64,000 nucleotides of DNA from an uncultured Halanaerobiales bacterium (GTDB lineage Bacteria; Bacillota; Halanaerobiia; B1SED10-174): contig CAZMQU010000004.1 of NCBI GenBank assembly GCA_964568715.1, forward strand, positions 11,089 through 75,088, read 5' to 3'. This document shows positions 27,199 to 37,138 of this stretch, in pieces. The notes beneath the pieces were generated by a model that was given only the letters and a program-made list of their open reading frames with translations, made no database searches and had not been told where the DNA came from. Numbering within the stretch: the stretch's first letter is position 1; each line of letters opens with the position of its first letter. Position numbers and translations under genes: made by a program.

Positions 27199-29865
27199 GT
27201 GTGGCAAATCAAAAAAACTCGCAAGCAAGCCAAAAGTGAAGAAGAAATAGTTCGCAATCTCCGTAATGCCAGTGCAAAAAGTATTGACGATGTACTTTGT
27301 GAATTGGCAACTTCGCCCCAAGGTCTTTCACCTATAGAAATAGGTGAAAGATTGGCTCAATACGGTACCAATGAGCTCACTTATGAAAAGCGAAATCCCT
27401 GGTATATTTACCTTTTAAAGTCCTTTTTGGATCCCTTTATACTGATCTTGCTCGGCATAGTTTTTATTTCTTATTTTACGGATGTAGCCTTCGTTGCCAG
27501 CTCGGAGCGAAGCTGGGTAACAATTGTTATTATTTCCATAATGATTTTGATCAGTGTAATTTTGCGTTTCAGCCAGGAATATAAGTCGCAGATGACGGCG
27601 GATAACTTAAAAGATTTGGTTCCTACGACCACAGCCATCAAACGGAAGGGTTCGGAACCGTGTGAAATTGTTATGTCCAATGTGGTGCCCGGCGACATTA
27701 TTTATTTAGCGGCCGGGGATTTGATTCCTGCCGATATGAGGCTATTGACCAGTAAGGACTTGTTTATTAGCCAGTCCTCCTTGACCGGCGAATCGGAACC
27801 GGTGGAAAAATTTACGACAGCCGGCCGAAATACCTCTGACAATACTTCCCCTGAGCGGAAAAATGTTGCCGATTTGGACAATATTGCTTTGATGGGAACA
27901 ATCGTAGTCAGCGGATCAGCAACGGGGGTGGTCTTGGCTACCGGTAATGATACTTATTTTGGAAGTATTGCTGAATCTATAGCCAAAGATGTCGGTAAAA
28001 CCAGCTTCGAAGAAGGGGTTAAAAGTGTTGGGTTTTTGCTGATTAGATTTATGGTAGTTATGGTACCTATTGTTTTTTTGATTAACGGCATAACCAAAAA
28101 TGATTGGTTGGGTGCATTGCTGTTTTCCATATCAATTGCGGTCGGTTTGACGCCGGAGATGTTGCCGACCCTTGTCTCCACAAACTTGGCCAAGGGTGCT
28201 ATCTCTCTTTCAAAAAAAAGAATAATAATAAAAAGGCTCAGTTCCATACAAAACTTCGGCGCCATGGATATTTTGTGTACCGATAAAACCGGTACACTGA
28301 CTGAGGATAAGATTGTTTTGGAAAGTTATCTGGATGTCTTGGGGCAGGAAGACGACCGGGTTTTGCGGCACGGATTTTTAAACAGTTTTTATCAAACGGG
28401 CTTGAAGAACCTTTTGGATTTGGCTGTAATAGACCGGGCTCAAAAAAAAGAATTGGATAAAGTGACAAAACTGTATGAAAAGGTGGATGAGATTCCCTTT
28501 GATTTTACGAGAAGAAGGATGTCCGTGGTGGTGGAAAGCGAAGGAGGCAAACGTCAACTGATAACAAAAGGAGCAGTGGAGGAGATGATTTCTATCTGCT
28601 CTTTTGTAGAAGTGGGCGAAGAGGTGCTTCCTTTGACCGAAGAATTAACCGAGCGGGCCTTTAAGATGGTAAACAAACTCAACAGTCAGGGGATGCGCGT
28701 CTTGGCCGTTGCTCAAAAGAACGATGTTCCCGACGTAGATGTTTTTGGTGTAAAGGACGAGAGCGACATGGTTCTTATCGGTTATATGGGTTTTTTGGAC
28801 CCCCCTAAAATTACCGCTAAACCGGCTATCGAGGCTTTTTTTGAGCACGGGGTCGATGTTAAGATCTTAACCGGGGATAATGACATTGTGACTAAAAAGA
28901 TTGCCGGCGATTTGGGCATTCCAACGGAAAATATTCTTTTAGGTGCTGATATCGAGACTATCAGTGATGATGAATTATATCAATTGGCCCAAAATACCTC
29001 CATTTTGGCGAAACTATCGCCGATACAAAAAGAAAGAGTAATAACGGTTTTGCAGAAAAACGATCATGTTGTAGGCTTTTTGGGAGACGGCATTAATGAT
29101 GCCCAAGGCTTGAAACAAGCGGATGTCGGGATCTCCGTGGATACCGCCGTGGATATTGCCAAGGAATCGGCGGATATCATTATGTTGGAAAAAGATTTGA
29201 ATGTTTTAGAGGAGGGGGTAATTGAGGGAAGAAGAGTCTTTGGCAATATTATTAAATATATTAAAATAACGGCCAGTTCAAACTTCGGCAATGTTTTCAG
29301 TGTCTTGGCCGCCAGTGCCTTTTTACCTTTCTTGCCTATGCTCCCCTTGCAGCTTTTGGTCCAAAACCTTCTTTACAGCATCTCCCAAATCTCCATCCCT
29401 TGGGATAATATGGACCCGGAGTATCTTCGTAAACCCCAACAATGGGATGCCGACGAAATTGGCAAATTCATGATCTATATCGGTCCGATAAGTTCTGTAT
29501 TTGATATAGTGACTTTTTTAGTAATGTGGTTTATCTTTAAAGCCGACTCAGTGGCAATGGCTCCCTTATTCCAATCGGGCTGGTTTGTCGTAGGCCTTCT
29601 TACTCAAACCTTGATTGTTCATATTGTCAGAACACGAAAAATACCCTTTATCCAAAGTCGTGCTTCTTTGCCGGTCCTCTTGATGACGGGCTTGATTATG
29701 GTATTGGGGCTAATAGTTCCCTTCAGCGGATTTGGTCGCTTTATAGGCCTAGTTTCTTTGCCCGGTAACTATTTTATCTGGCTTGTGGGTATATTGTTGG
29801 CTTATTCCTTGTCTACGGAGCTGGTCAAAAGAATTTACGTCAAAAGATTCGACAATTGGCTCTAG
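27199..29865 (+). CDS. mgtA: Magnesium-importing P-type ATPase (MgtA/MgtB family)
   Basis: 888 aa. The phosphorylation motif is DKTGTLT. TGDN and GDGINDAQGL motifs are present. It has about 10 TM segments. It is preceded by a 250-nt leader. Confidence 0.9.
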   Translation: MWQIKKTRKQAKSEEEIVRNLRNASAKSIDDVLCELATSPQGLSPIEIGERLAQYGTNELTYEKRNPWYIYLLKSFLDPFILILLGIVFISYFTDVAFVASSERSWVTIVIISIMILISVILRFSQEYKSQMTADNLKDLVPTTTAIKRKGSEPCEIVMSNVVPGDIIYLAAGDLIPADMRLLTSKDLFISQSSLTGESEPVEKFTTAGRNTSDNTSPERKNVADLDNIALMGTIVVSGSATGVVLATGNDTYFGSIAESIAKDVGKTSFEEGVKSVGFLLIRFMVVMVPIVFLINGITKNDWLGALLFSISIAVGLTPEMLPTLVSTNLAKGAISLSKKRIIIKRLSSIQNFGAMDILCTDKTGTLTEDKIVLESYLDVLGQEDDRVLRHGFLNSFYQTGLKNLLDLAVIDRAQKKELDKVTKLYEKVDEIPFDFTRRRMSVVVESEGGKRQLITKGAVEEMISICSFVEVGEEVLPLTEELTERAFKMVNKLNSQGMRVLAVAQKNDVPDVDVFGVKDESDMVLIGYMGFLDPPKITAKPAIEAFFEHGVDVKILTGDNDIVTKKIAGDLGIPTENILLGADIETISDDELYQLAQNTSILAKLSPIQKERVITVLQKNDHVVGFLGDGINDAQGLKQADVGISVDTAVDIAKESADIIMLEKDLNVLEEGVIEGRRVFGNIIKYIKITASSNFGNVFSVLAASAFLPFLPMLPLQLLVQNLLYSISQISIPWDNMDPEYLRKPQQWDADEIGKFMIYIGPISSVFDIVTFLVMWFIFKADSVAMAPLFQSGWFVVGLLTQTLIVHIVRTRKIPFIQSRASLPVLLMTGLIMVLGLIVPFSGFGRFIGLVSLPGNYFIWLVGILLAYSLSTELVKRIYVKRFDNWL

Positions 29866-29933
29866 AAAAAGTTGTTTACGGAGAAGTTCGGCAGGTACAG
29901 ACCTGTCGTCATCAATACATGGGGTGATAGATA

Positions 29934-31376
29934 ATGGGTGGTCAAAATTGTTCTTTGAAAAATAAATACAGGGTAAAAGGAATAGTAACCAAGGGTACCA
30001 AGAAAAATGATTTTTGGGGTACAAGGGCTAAAGGTTGGGGTTTTGAACACATTGATTTATGGCAATTGGAAAACATTAAAGTAGAGGTGTATCGTGCTGA
30101 AGATGTAAGTTTCCGGGGCGAGGAGCTGCAATTTAAGGAGGGAGCTGAAGCGGTTGCTTCCCTTCTTGTATCTGATCCCAATCCGGCCGGGAAAAATTAT
30201 TATGCTCCTTTTGAATTTCTTTTGAAGCGGGGCGATTATTATCTGATAATCCGGAAAGCCCCCGGCCTTTACGCAACGGTTTATAAGTCTTTCACCGTGG
30301 CGGATGGGGATACCGACGTGGGTCCCTTGCCCATGCGCAAAGAAAAGATCGAAGGGGAATTTGTCCGCAGCTTTTTCAGTTGCCGGCCCGATGGCTCAGT
30401 CGATTCGGCCAATAACAGGATTACCGTTAAGATACTTAATGCCAAAGTTGCTCCCGGGGGAGCCAATCGGAACACGGTATTGGTGGACGGTATGCCGCCG
30501 GGATTATTTGTGGAAGATTATATTGCCGATACAGAAGAAAATTCCATAAGTTTGGTTTTTGGGGGCCAAAGGCAGGATGAACTTATTGCCGGTCTTGTTT
30601 TGACAGTTACCATTATGGAAAAGGCTGTAATTAATGAGTTCTTTCCCGGTTGTTATTCCTATGATACTTCCGATAGGTTAAACGGTATACGATTGGTTCA
30701 AGAGGTATCTCCCCAAGATGTTGCCCTAGGTAAGGCATCGTATGCTCAAGCCTTTACATTTTTGCCCGGCGAAGCATATCCGGTGGATGACGCCAAGGAA
30801 TCTATCCGAAAGATTACCGGGGTTGATCCCAAGATTTTGGAGATTCTCTACCGGGAAAGTTTACAGGAGGATGGCAGTTGCAAGTATTGTTTGTTTTTGG
30901 TCAATACCAACGTTACGAGTACTTACATGCAAAGGCATTCCAAAGGAATAACTCCGCGAGGTTGGGAGTGGACGGGGCTTACCTGGGATGACATACCCGG
31001 GTCGGGAGGTAAAAACATAATCGTGCGGATAGGCCGGAGCGATTACGGCCATGGGCACGGCTCTACCAATGTGGAGCTCCACGAACTGGCCCACAATATC
31101 GATGCTTCCGTTTTCAAGGGAATTTCCAAGACAAAAGAATGGAATGACCTGCGGGAGGAAGAATCAACGCAACTTTTCCCCATGGACATTAACTATATGA
31201 CAGCCTATACCGAGGAATTTTTTGCTGAATCTTTTATGCTATACTATTTAAACGAAGAAAGCAAAAGATGGCTTCGCAAGAAAGGCCCCAAGACCTACGA
31301 AGCCATTGAAGTGGGCTTGCAAGAAAAATTAAAAAAATTCTACGGTAAGGATCCCAAGTATTCACATCTTTTTTAA
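29934..31376 (+). CDS. Protein with a C-terminal anthrax-lethal-factor-like (ATLF / Pro-Pro-endopeptidase-like, M34-type) zinc metallopeptidase domain
   Basis: The HExxH motif is VELHELAHNID. A downstream Glu is present (YTEEFFAESF). The preceding segment GWEWTGLTWDDIPGSGGKNIIVRIGRSDYGHGHGSTN is typical of ATLF-fold peptidases. There is no obvious N-terminal signal peptide. Confidence 0.55.
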   Translation: MGGQNCSLKNKYRVKGIVTKGTKKNDFWGTRAKGWGFEHIDLWQLENIKVEVYRAEDVSFRGEELQFKEGAEAVASLLVSDPNPAGKNYYAPFEFLLKRGDYYLIIRKAPGLYATVYKSFTVADGDTDVGPLPMRKEKIEGEFVRSFFSCRPDGSVDSANNRITVKILNAKVAPGGANRNTVLVDGMPPGLFVEDYIADTEENSISLVFGGQRQDELIAGLVLTVTIMEKAVINEFFPGCYSYDTSDRLNGIRLVQEVSPQDVALGKASYAQAFTFLPGEAYPVDDAKESIRKITGVDPKILEILYRESLQEDGSCKYCLFLVNTNVTSTYMQRHSKGITPRGWEWTGLTWDDIPGSGGKNIIVRIGRSDYGHGHGSTNVELHELAHNIDASVFKGISKTKEWNDLREEESTQLFPMDINYMTAYTEEFFAESFMLYYLNEESKRWLRKKGPKTYEAIEVGLQEKLKKFYGKDPKYSHLF

Positions 31377-31720
31377 TATATTATTTAAAAATCCCGATAT
31401 GAAGTGTATTTTATTCGACAGATGGGGGGAGTTTGTAAACTACTTCCCCTTTTTTAAAGGATAAAACAGCCGGAGAATTTGTAGCCATTGCCTGTTTTCT
31501 TTGATTATTAAAAGGAGGCGATTGCTCTAATCAAGATGATAAGATAAAAAAAGATACTTAACATTAAACCAAATTACCATAAGTAGTGTAGCAAAAATTT
31601 TAAGCCTGATAAATTAACTTAAAAAATTACTGTAATAGAAAAAAACGCCATTAAAAAAAGGAAACAGTAATTGTTTGGAGTATTATGTAAAAAGCAAAGC
31701 GAAAATGGAGGGAGTTAGCA

Positions 31721-33046
31721 ATGAAACGGCTCGTTTTAATCAATCCCGTAAATCCTTGTAAAACCGGTTTGTCAATCAATAACAGTTCCCGATTTCCACC
31801 CTTGGGTTTGGGCATTGTTGCTGCTTTAACACCGGCTAATTGGGCCATTAAATTGATCGATGAGAACATTGCACCATTTGAATATATGGAGGCCGATTTA
31901 GTTGGAATTACAGCCTTTACTTCGTCAGCAAAACGGGCCTACGATATCGCATCGGTTTATCGCAAAAATGGCATACCTGTGGTTATGGGAGGTATTCATG
32001 CCTCAATGCTTCCTGAAGAAGCTCTTAGCTATGTTGATGCAGTAGTTGTTGGTGAGGCGGAGAGTGTTTGGCAAAAGGTTTTAAACGATTTTGAGGCTGG
32101 GAAATTATCCCCTGTTTATAAGGGTGACCTTATTGATTTAGACAAAATGCCTTCGGCCAGGCATGATTTATTTAGTTCCAAGTATTTGTTCAGTGTCGTG
32201 CAGACAGCCAGAGGTTGTCCGATGGATTGCGATTTTTGCTCGGTTACGCCCTTTAATGGTCGCCGATACAGGCAAAGACCGATTAGTGATGTGCTCGACG
32301 AGTTGGAGATCATTCCTAAAAAGAAGATTTTTTTTGTCGATGATAACATAATTGGCTATGGTAAACAAGCCCGCGAAAGGGCAGTGGAGCTATTCAAAGG
32401 TATGATTCAGCGTAAACTTAAAAAAGAATGGTTTTGCCAGGCCTCGATTAATTTTGCTGAAGATGAGGAAGTATTAAGATATGCTGCACAAAGCGGTTGC
32501 AGGATGGTATTTCTTGGTCTGGAAGCTGAAAGCAATGAAGCATTAGGTGGAATTAACAAGAAGCTGAATATTGAAATAGGGGTCGACCGATACAAAGATT
32601 TAATTGCCAGGATCAACCGATTTAAAATTGCTGTCTTGGGGGCGTTTATATATGGAATGGACACCGATACACTCAGCTCCCTGGAGGCAAGAACCAAATA
32701 CATGATTGAAGGACCGATTGATGTCATGCAATCAACCGTTTTAACCCCATTGCCCGGCACGAAGCTGTATAAAAGACTTTGTGAGGATAAAAGACTCTTG
32801 TATCACAATTATCCCCAGGATTGGAATCATTACGATATGACTGAAGTGGTTTTTCAACCGAAATTGATGAAAGTCGATGAACTTGCCAATGCAATGGATT
32901 TGGCGAGAAAGCAAAAATATAGGATGTTGGTGCTAGGACGTAAGTTTTTTAAAACCCTTGCGGCTACGAAAAGTTTAGCGACGGCAATTTGGGCCCTTAG
33001 CTCAAATATCAACTATGCCAAAGTTGCGAAGGATATTTCAAAATAA
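31721..33046 (+). CDS. B12-binding-domain radical SAM protein (class B rSAM)
   Basis: It has an N-terminal cobalamin-binding-like Rossmann segment. The radical SAM CxxxCxxC motif is RGCPMDCDFCSV. It is 441 aa. Confidence 0.8.
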   Translation: MKRLVLINPVNPCKTGLSINNSSRFPPLGLGIVAALTPANWAIKLIDENIAPFEYMEADLVGITAFTSSAKRAYDIASVYRKNGIPVVMGGIHASMLPEEALSYVDAVVVGEAESVWQKVLNDFEAGKLSPVYKGDLIDLDKMPSARHDLFSSKYLFSVVQTARGCPMDCDFCSVTPFNGRRYRQRPISDVLDELEIIPKKKIFFVDDNIIGYGKQARERAVELFKGMIQRKLKKEWFCQASINFAEDEEVLRYAAQSGCRMVFLGLEAESNEALGGINKKLNIEIGVDRYKDLIARINRFKIAVLGAFIYGMDTDTLSSLEARTKYMIEGPIDVMQSTVLTPLPGTKLYKRLCEDKRLLYHNYPQDWNHYDMTEVVFQPKLMKVDELANAMDLARKQKYRMLVLGRKFFKTLAATKSLATAIWALSSNINYAKVAKDISK

Positions 33047-33175
33047 TTTTTATTCCTTGTCCCGGGCAACTCTTGCAAAGGCCATTATGAAAAGTTATTG
33101 AACGGACGATAAATATATCAAATGGGTCCATTAATTTCAGGGCTAAGTACTAAAGTGCCATTTATTTTATAACTT

Positions 33176-34873
33176 ATGGGGAGTTGTCCATTGGTTCTTG
33201 GAAGGGTGAGTGCTGTGAAAAAGAAAAAAAATACAACTATCCTGATCATTTTGTCTTTACTTATGGTCGTTTTTAATTTGTTGGGTGTTTCAGTAATTTA
33301 TGCTTCCCCACCGTCTGTTGCTTTGATTTTAGGCGGTGGTTCAGCCCGGGGTTTAAGCCACATAGGGATGATCGAAGCCTTTGAAGAAAATGGTATACCC
33401 ATCGATATGTTGTTGGGGACAAGTAGCGGGAGTATTATAGGGGGGCTATATGGGGCCGGATTTTCCATTGAAAACATGATTGATATTTGCACTAATTTGG
33501 ATATGCACTCCTTAATTGAGATTCCCTTGCCGCCCCGTGGTGGTTTTATTGATTCCGGGCGACTTAGATATTACTTGGACATTATATTGGAGGGGATAAC
33601 CCTCGAACAACTATCAATTCCTTTTTATCCGGGTGTTGTTGATTTAGGTACGGGTCGGGATGTTGCCTTGGACCAAGGTAAGCTTAGTGCCGGTATCCTG
33701 GCCAGTATTGCCATTCCCGGAGTTTTTCCGCCTGTGGAAGTTGGCGGCAATTATTATGTCGATGGTGGTTTAAAAAATCTGGTCCCGGCAAATCTGGCCT
33801 CTGCTTTGGGAGCAGATGTCATTATCGGCGTATCTATGGGGCAAGAAAACCGAGTTTATAAGGATCCCGAACACAAAAGTATTTATAACAATTTGCGAAA
33901 AACCATCAATGCGGTTATGGTGGGGTATTCTGCGGTTAACACTGCTGAAGCTGATGTTCTTTTTGTGCCTGACATTGACTTGACACACATATACGACTAT
34001 GAAAATGTTCTTTATTTTGTTGAACGCGGCTATCAAGCAGGCATTGACCACATGGACGAAATTAGGGCGGCTATCCTGGCCAGAGATCCCGATTTTGTGT
34101 TTAAGCCCTACAAGCAAAAGGGAATCAGCAGTGTTGATTTGGCCAACCGGATTGAAAAGGCGAAGCGTGAAACAGAAAAATTTCATGGCCCACTTACGGT
34201 TAAGCCCCTTTTGGGTTTTGATGATAATTACTACTTTTCAAAAATTGGTGCAAAGGTTACGGCCGGTCCTTTAAAACGCTTTGGAGTTGGTTACCGCTAC
34301 GGTTTTAACGACGATGAAGGAGGCCATGAATTATTTGTCGATTGGTCCCATCCCAAAATTGCCAATCTCGATACTTATTTTAGAAAAAGTCCTAAAAGAG
34401 AGAAGATCACTTGGGGCCTGGACCTCAATATTCCTTTATACAAGAAATTTGCCTTGGATGCTGCTTTTGTTACGCAGGGTTCTAATGCTTGGCATGTGGC
34501 AGTTAGAAATGAAGCTTTCCTAAATTTTCCCCATTTTAACGGCGGTTTGGCCTTAACTCTTAAGGGCCTGCGTTCAGAAGGGGGTAATCTCTCCAACGAA
34601 GGGAAGCTTTCCTTGAGTTTAAAACCACAGATAAAGATTTTGCCTTGGGGCGAAAAGTGGCTTCCCCTAGGGCCTTTCCCCCTTAAACCCTACTTCTTGG
34701 CTGCTGCCGAAATGGGAACTCCTTTGAATGATTTCTCATTGCAGACGACTTTTAAAGTCGGCTTGGGAACCGACTTCAGAATCTTGGGCTTATTCCCGGG
34801 TGAACTGTCGTTGAACGGTTATATAACAAATGAAGGTCAATTTTTTGGCCAGATTGGATTAAGAAGAAAATAA
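33176..34873 (+). CDS. Patatin-like phospholipase, a paralog of 23230..24852, with a C-terminal beta-rich domain
   Basis: Motifs ALILGGGSARG, GTSSGS and YVDGGLKN. The N-terminal signal-like segment is KKKKNTTILIILSLLMVVFNLLGVSVIYAS. The C-terminus aligns with its paralog (KVGLGTDFRILGLFPG against KTGMGLDFQLMGLYPG). The start is uncertain, with a GTG at about 33212 as an alternative. Confidence 0.8.
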   Translation: MGSCPLVLGRVSAVKKKKNTTILIILSLLMVVFNLLGVSVIYASPPSVALILGGGSARGLSHIGMIEAFEENGIPIDMLLGTSSGSIIGGLYGAGFSIENMIDICTNLDMHSLIEIPLPPRGGFIDSGRLRYYLDIILEGITLEQLSIPFYPGVVDLGTGRDVALDQGKLSAGILASIAIPGVFPPVEVGGNYYVDGGLKNLVPANLASALGADVIIGVSMGQENRVYKDPEHKSIYNNLRKTINAVMVGYSAVNTAEADVLFVPDIDLTHIYDYENVLYFVERGYQAGIDHMDEIRAAILARDPDFVFKPYKQKGISSVDLANRIEKAKRETEKFHGPLTVKPLLGFDDNYYFSKIGAKVTAGPLKRFGVGYRYGFNDDEGGHELFVDWSHPKIANLDTYFRKSPKREKITWGLDLNIPLYKKFALDAAFVTQGSNAWHVAVRNEAFLNFPHFNGGLALTLKGLRSEGGNLSNEGKLSLSLKPQIKILPWGEKWLPLGPFPLKPYFLAAAEMGTPLNDFSLQTTFKVGLGTDFRILGLFPGELSLNGYITNEGQFFGQIGLRRK

Positions 34874-34905
34874 TTTTTAAATGAATTTGAAAGAATGTTT
34901 TACTT

Positions 34906-34928
34906 GGGACCTTGAGGTCCCTTTTTTT
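34906..34928 (+). terminator. Rho-independent terminator (GGGACC-TTGA-GGTCCC followed by T7)
   Basis: A perfect 6-bp GC-rich stem with a 4-nt loop and TTTTTTT, 33 nt after the patatin stop. Confidence 0.7.
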
Positions 34929-34956
34929 ATGGTTGAAAAGATTGGGGTCCCTGTTA

Positions 34957-34985
34957 TTGGATTTTGTATTTTCATGTAGTATAAT
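34957..34985 (+). promoter_or_regulatory. Sigma-A-type promoter (TTGGAT-17-TATAAT) driving a leader of about 280 nt ahead of the lipoprotein/ECF locus
   Basis: The -35 hexamer is at 34957-34962 and the -10 at 34980-34985. The long leader (about 34990-35264) contains GC-rich paired segments (AGCCGGCCGGCA; GCCGGGGCAGGCAAGGCAATCGGCTC). Confidence 0.5.
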
Positions 34986-35264
34986 GGGGAAGGCAGCTTG
35001 AACAACACTTTTAATAAAGATATTTATGCCAAGAATAATAGCCGGCCGGCATTTACTTGCCTGAAATTTTTGAAAAATCGACCTCTGTATCTGTATTATG
35101 TATGAAAATATAAGCCGGGGCAGGCAAGGCAATCGGCTCTCATAAAAATTGTTTTTGATGGTACAAGTAAACATAGGATAATAGAAAATAATTAAAATAG
35201 CCAGAATTATTCTGATTGGATTGTTCACTGCCCTTGGACAATAATGCTTTAAAGGAGAGGGACA

Positions 35265-36380
35265 ATGGATAGAAGAAAGTTGTTTGTAATGGTTTTTGTT
35301 CTGGTTGCTGTTATTTTTACAGCTTGTGGAGGAAAGGGAACGGATTCAAAAACGATTGTTCCCACCCCGGAGAAAAACGAACTTGATCCCAATGCTGAGC
35401 TGGGGATTATTGGTGGCGGACTCAAGATAAACCTTAATGCGCAGGAGATGATGGCGCGTCCTCAAAAAACCTTCACCTGTAAAAATGTCAGTTCTTCAGG
35501 CGAAGTTGCCGAGGTAGAGGTAACAGGGTTTTCTTTGGATGAACTCTTGGCTGAACATGGTATTGCAATGGATAACATAATATCAATTAATTTTGTCGGT
35601 GATGACGGGTTTGTAATGGCTGCCCCGGCGGAGATATTTGCCGATACAGAAGTCTATATTATGTTGGAAAAGAACGGCGATGTGCTGGCTTATCCCACAA
35701 GCTGTATACCGGACCAGCGGGCTATGTATTGGGTTAGGGATCTGGTCAGAGTCGAAATTACAATGAAAGATTCGACTTTGGCGGCAAGAGAAAAATCAAT
35801 AAATAGAATCAGCATATTTAGAGAAGCTGTCGATGAACTTACCGCCGACCTGCTTGATAACCGGGGTACCAAGGTGGCTTCTTATTCATTGCAGGCTTAT
35901 TTTGAAAACTTTGCAACAAAGTTCCCCCAAAGACCGGTCACCATGATTGCCGGCGATGGGTTTAAAAAGACGGAGACTCCGGAAGTACTTTTGAAAGGAT
36001 TCGTTACATTGGAATCGGAACCGGGTCGTGAAGATGAATTGCCCCTTTACTTTTCGGAAGAGATGAACATTGGTATGCGGGTTAAGCAACTCGATGCAAT
36101 TATTGCGGAAGGGGAAGCGATTTATTTGGGAAGGGAAATATCGGTCGCTGATCTTTTTGCCCTAGTTGGGATGAAAGATGCGCCAAGTTACCGGTTTATT
36201 GCCGGTGATGGATATGTGACTGAGATTCCCCTTGCGGCTATATCTTTTGGCAAGATATTTATCGACGAAAATAAAGGCTATATGCGCGTTGAGTTTGAAG
36301 GTTATGATTTTACCGGAGTCGGCGGCCGCGGTATAGTTAAATATTTGACTTTTATAGAAGCAATTGAAGGAGATATGTAA
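35265..36380 (+). CDS. Lipoprotein built from repeated sulfite-oxidase/MsrP-like (Oxidored_molyb-fold-like) modules
   Basis: Lipobox IFTACGG. Module 1 is FTCKNVSSSGEVAEVEVTGFSLDELLAEHGIAMDNIISINFVGDDGFVMAAPAEIFADTEVYIMLEKNGDVLAYPTSCIPDQRAMYWVRDLVRVEI. It parallels the YedY/MsrP core (C...GFPLhkLL...G.......V.F...DGY...P.E.........NGEPL...G.P.RL.VP.....VKWL..I). Two more degenerate copies follow. Confidence 0.55.
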   Translation: MDRRKLFVMVFVLVAVIFTACGGKGTDSKTIVPTPEKNELDPNAELGIIGGGLKINLNAQEMMARPQKTFTCKNVSSSGEVAEVEVTGFSLDELLAEHGIAMDNIISINFVGDDGFVMAAPAEIFADTEVYIMLEKNGDVLAYPTSCIPDQRAMYWVRDLVRVEITMKDSTLAAREKSINRISIFREAVDELTADLLDNRGTKVASYSLQAYFENFATKFPQRPVTMIAGDGFKKTETPEVLLKGFVTLESEPGREDELPLYFSEEMNIGMRVKQLDAIIAEGEAIYLGREISVADLFALVGMKDAPSYRFIAGDGYVTEIPLAAISFGKIFIDENKGYMRVEFEGYDFTGVGGRGIVKYLTFIEAIEGDM

Positions 36381-36515
36381 GTCTCGAAATACAGAGAAAA
36401 TTCGGCAACAAGCAAGATTCTCAATGCCCGCTAATAGAAGGTTTGCTGCCGGATGTTGTACCTGTAAAAAGGGTGTCGGTTAGATACCGGTGTTTGCGTT
36501 AATGGGAGGTTCAAT

Positions 36516-37106
36516 GTGGCCATGCGGCATAAAGAAAAAAGCTTTCGCCGACAGCACTTTTCATTGGTCGATTACATTATAATTGCGATGTTGGCGGCTA
36601 TTGGAATTGCCATAAAAGTTGTTATTGTTCCTTTGGCTCATATCATTACCGGACCGCTCTTTATTCCCGGCGGTGTTTTGGCCGGTGGATTTTATATGAT
36701 GTTTTTGGTTATGGGTATGGCTTTGGTAAAAAAAAGGGGGGCTGCTTTTGCCGTCTCCCTAATTCAAGCTGTACTGGTGACAATTTCCGGAACCTTGGGT
36801 TCCCACGGGGCGGCGAGCATCATAACTTATACGGTTCCCGGCTTGGTTGTTGAGTTATGGTTTTTTATCAGTCGCCATAAAGGCTGTTGTACTTTCTGTT
36901 GTTTTGTAGGAGGAATGCTGGCCAATATGGCTGGCAGTTTTACGGTTAATTTAGCCATTTTCAACCTTCCTTTTGTACCCTTGATGCTGTCTCTTAGTGT
37001 CAGTGCATTATCGGGTGGCTTGGGGGGCTTGGTGGCCAATATGGTTGCCCGCAATGTAGAAAGGCTGGGAATTATAAAAAACAATGATAAAGAAAGTGAA
37101 GCTTAA
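36516..37106 (+). CDS. ECF-transporter substrate-specific (S) component-like membrane protein
   Basis: 196 aa with about 6 TM segments. ITGPLFIPGGVLAGGFYMMFLVMGMALVKKRGAAFAVSLIQAVLV is a pattern typical of S components. It sits next to an EcfA-EcfA'-EcfT module. Confidence 0.55.
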   Translation: MAMRHKEKSFRRQHFSLVDYIIIAMLAAIGIAIKVVIVPLAHIITGPLFIPGGVLAGGFYMMFLVMGMALVKKRGAAFAVSLIQAVLVTISGTLGSHGAASIITYTVPGLVVELWFFISRHKGCCTFCCFVGGMLANMAGSFTVNLAIFNLPFVPLMLSLSVSALSGGLGGLVANMVARNVERLGIIKNNDKESEA

Positions 37107-37138
37107 ATTATAGGTTCCTTTTAGGGAGGTAATTATTT

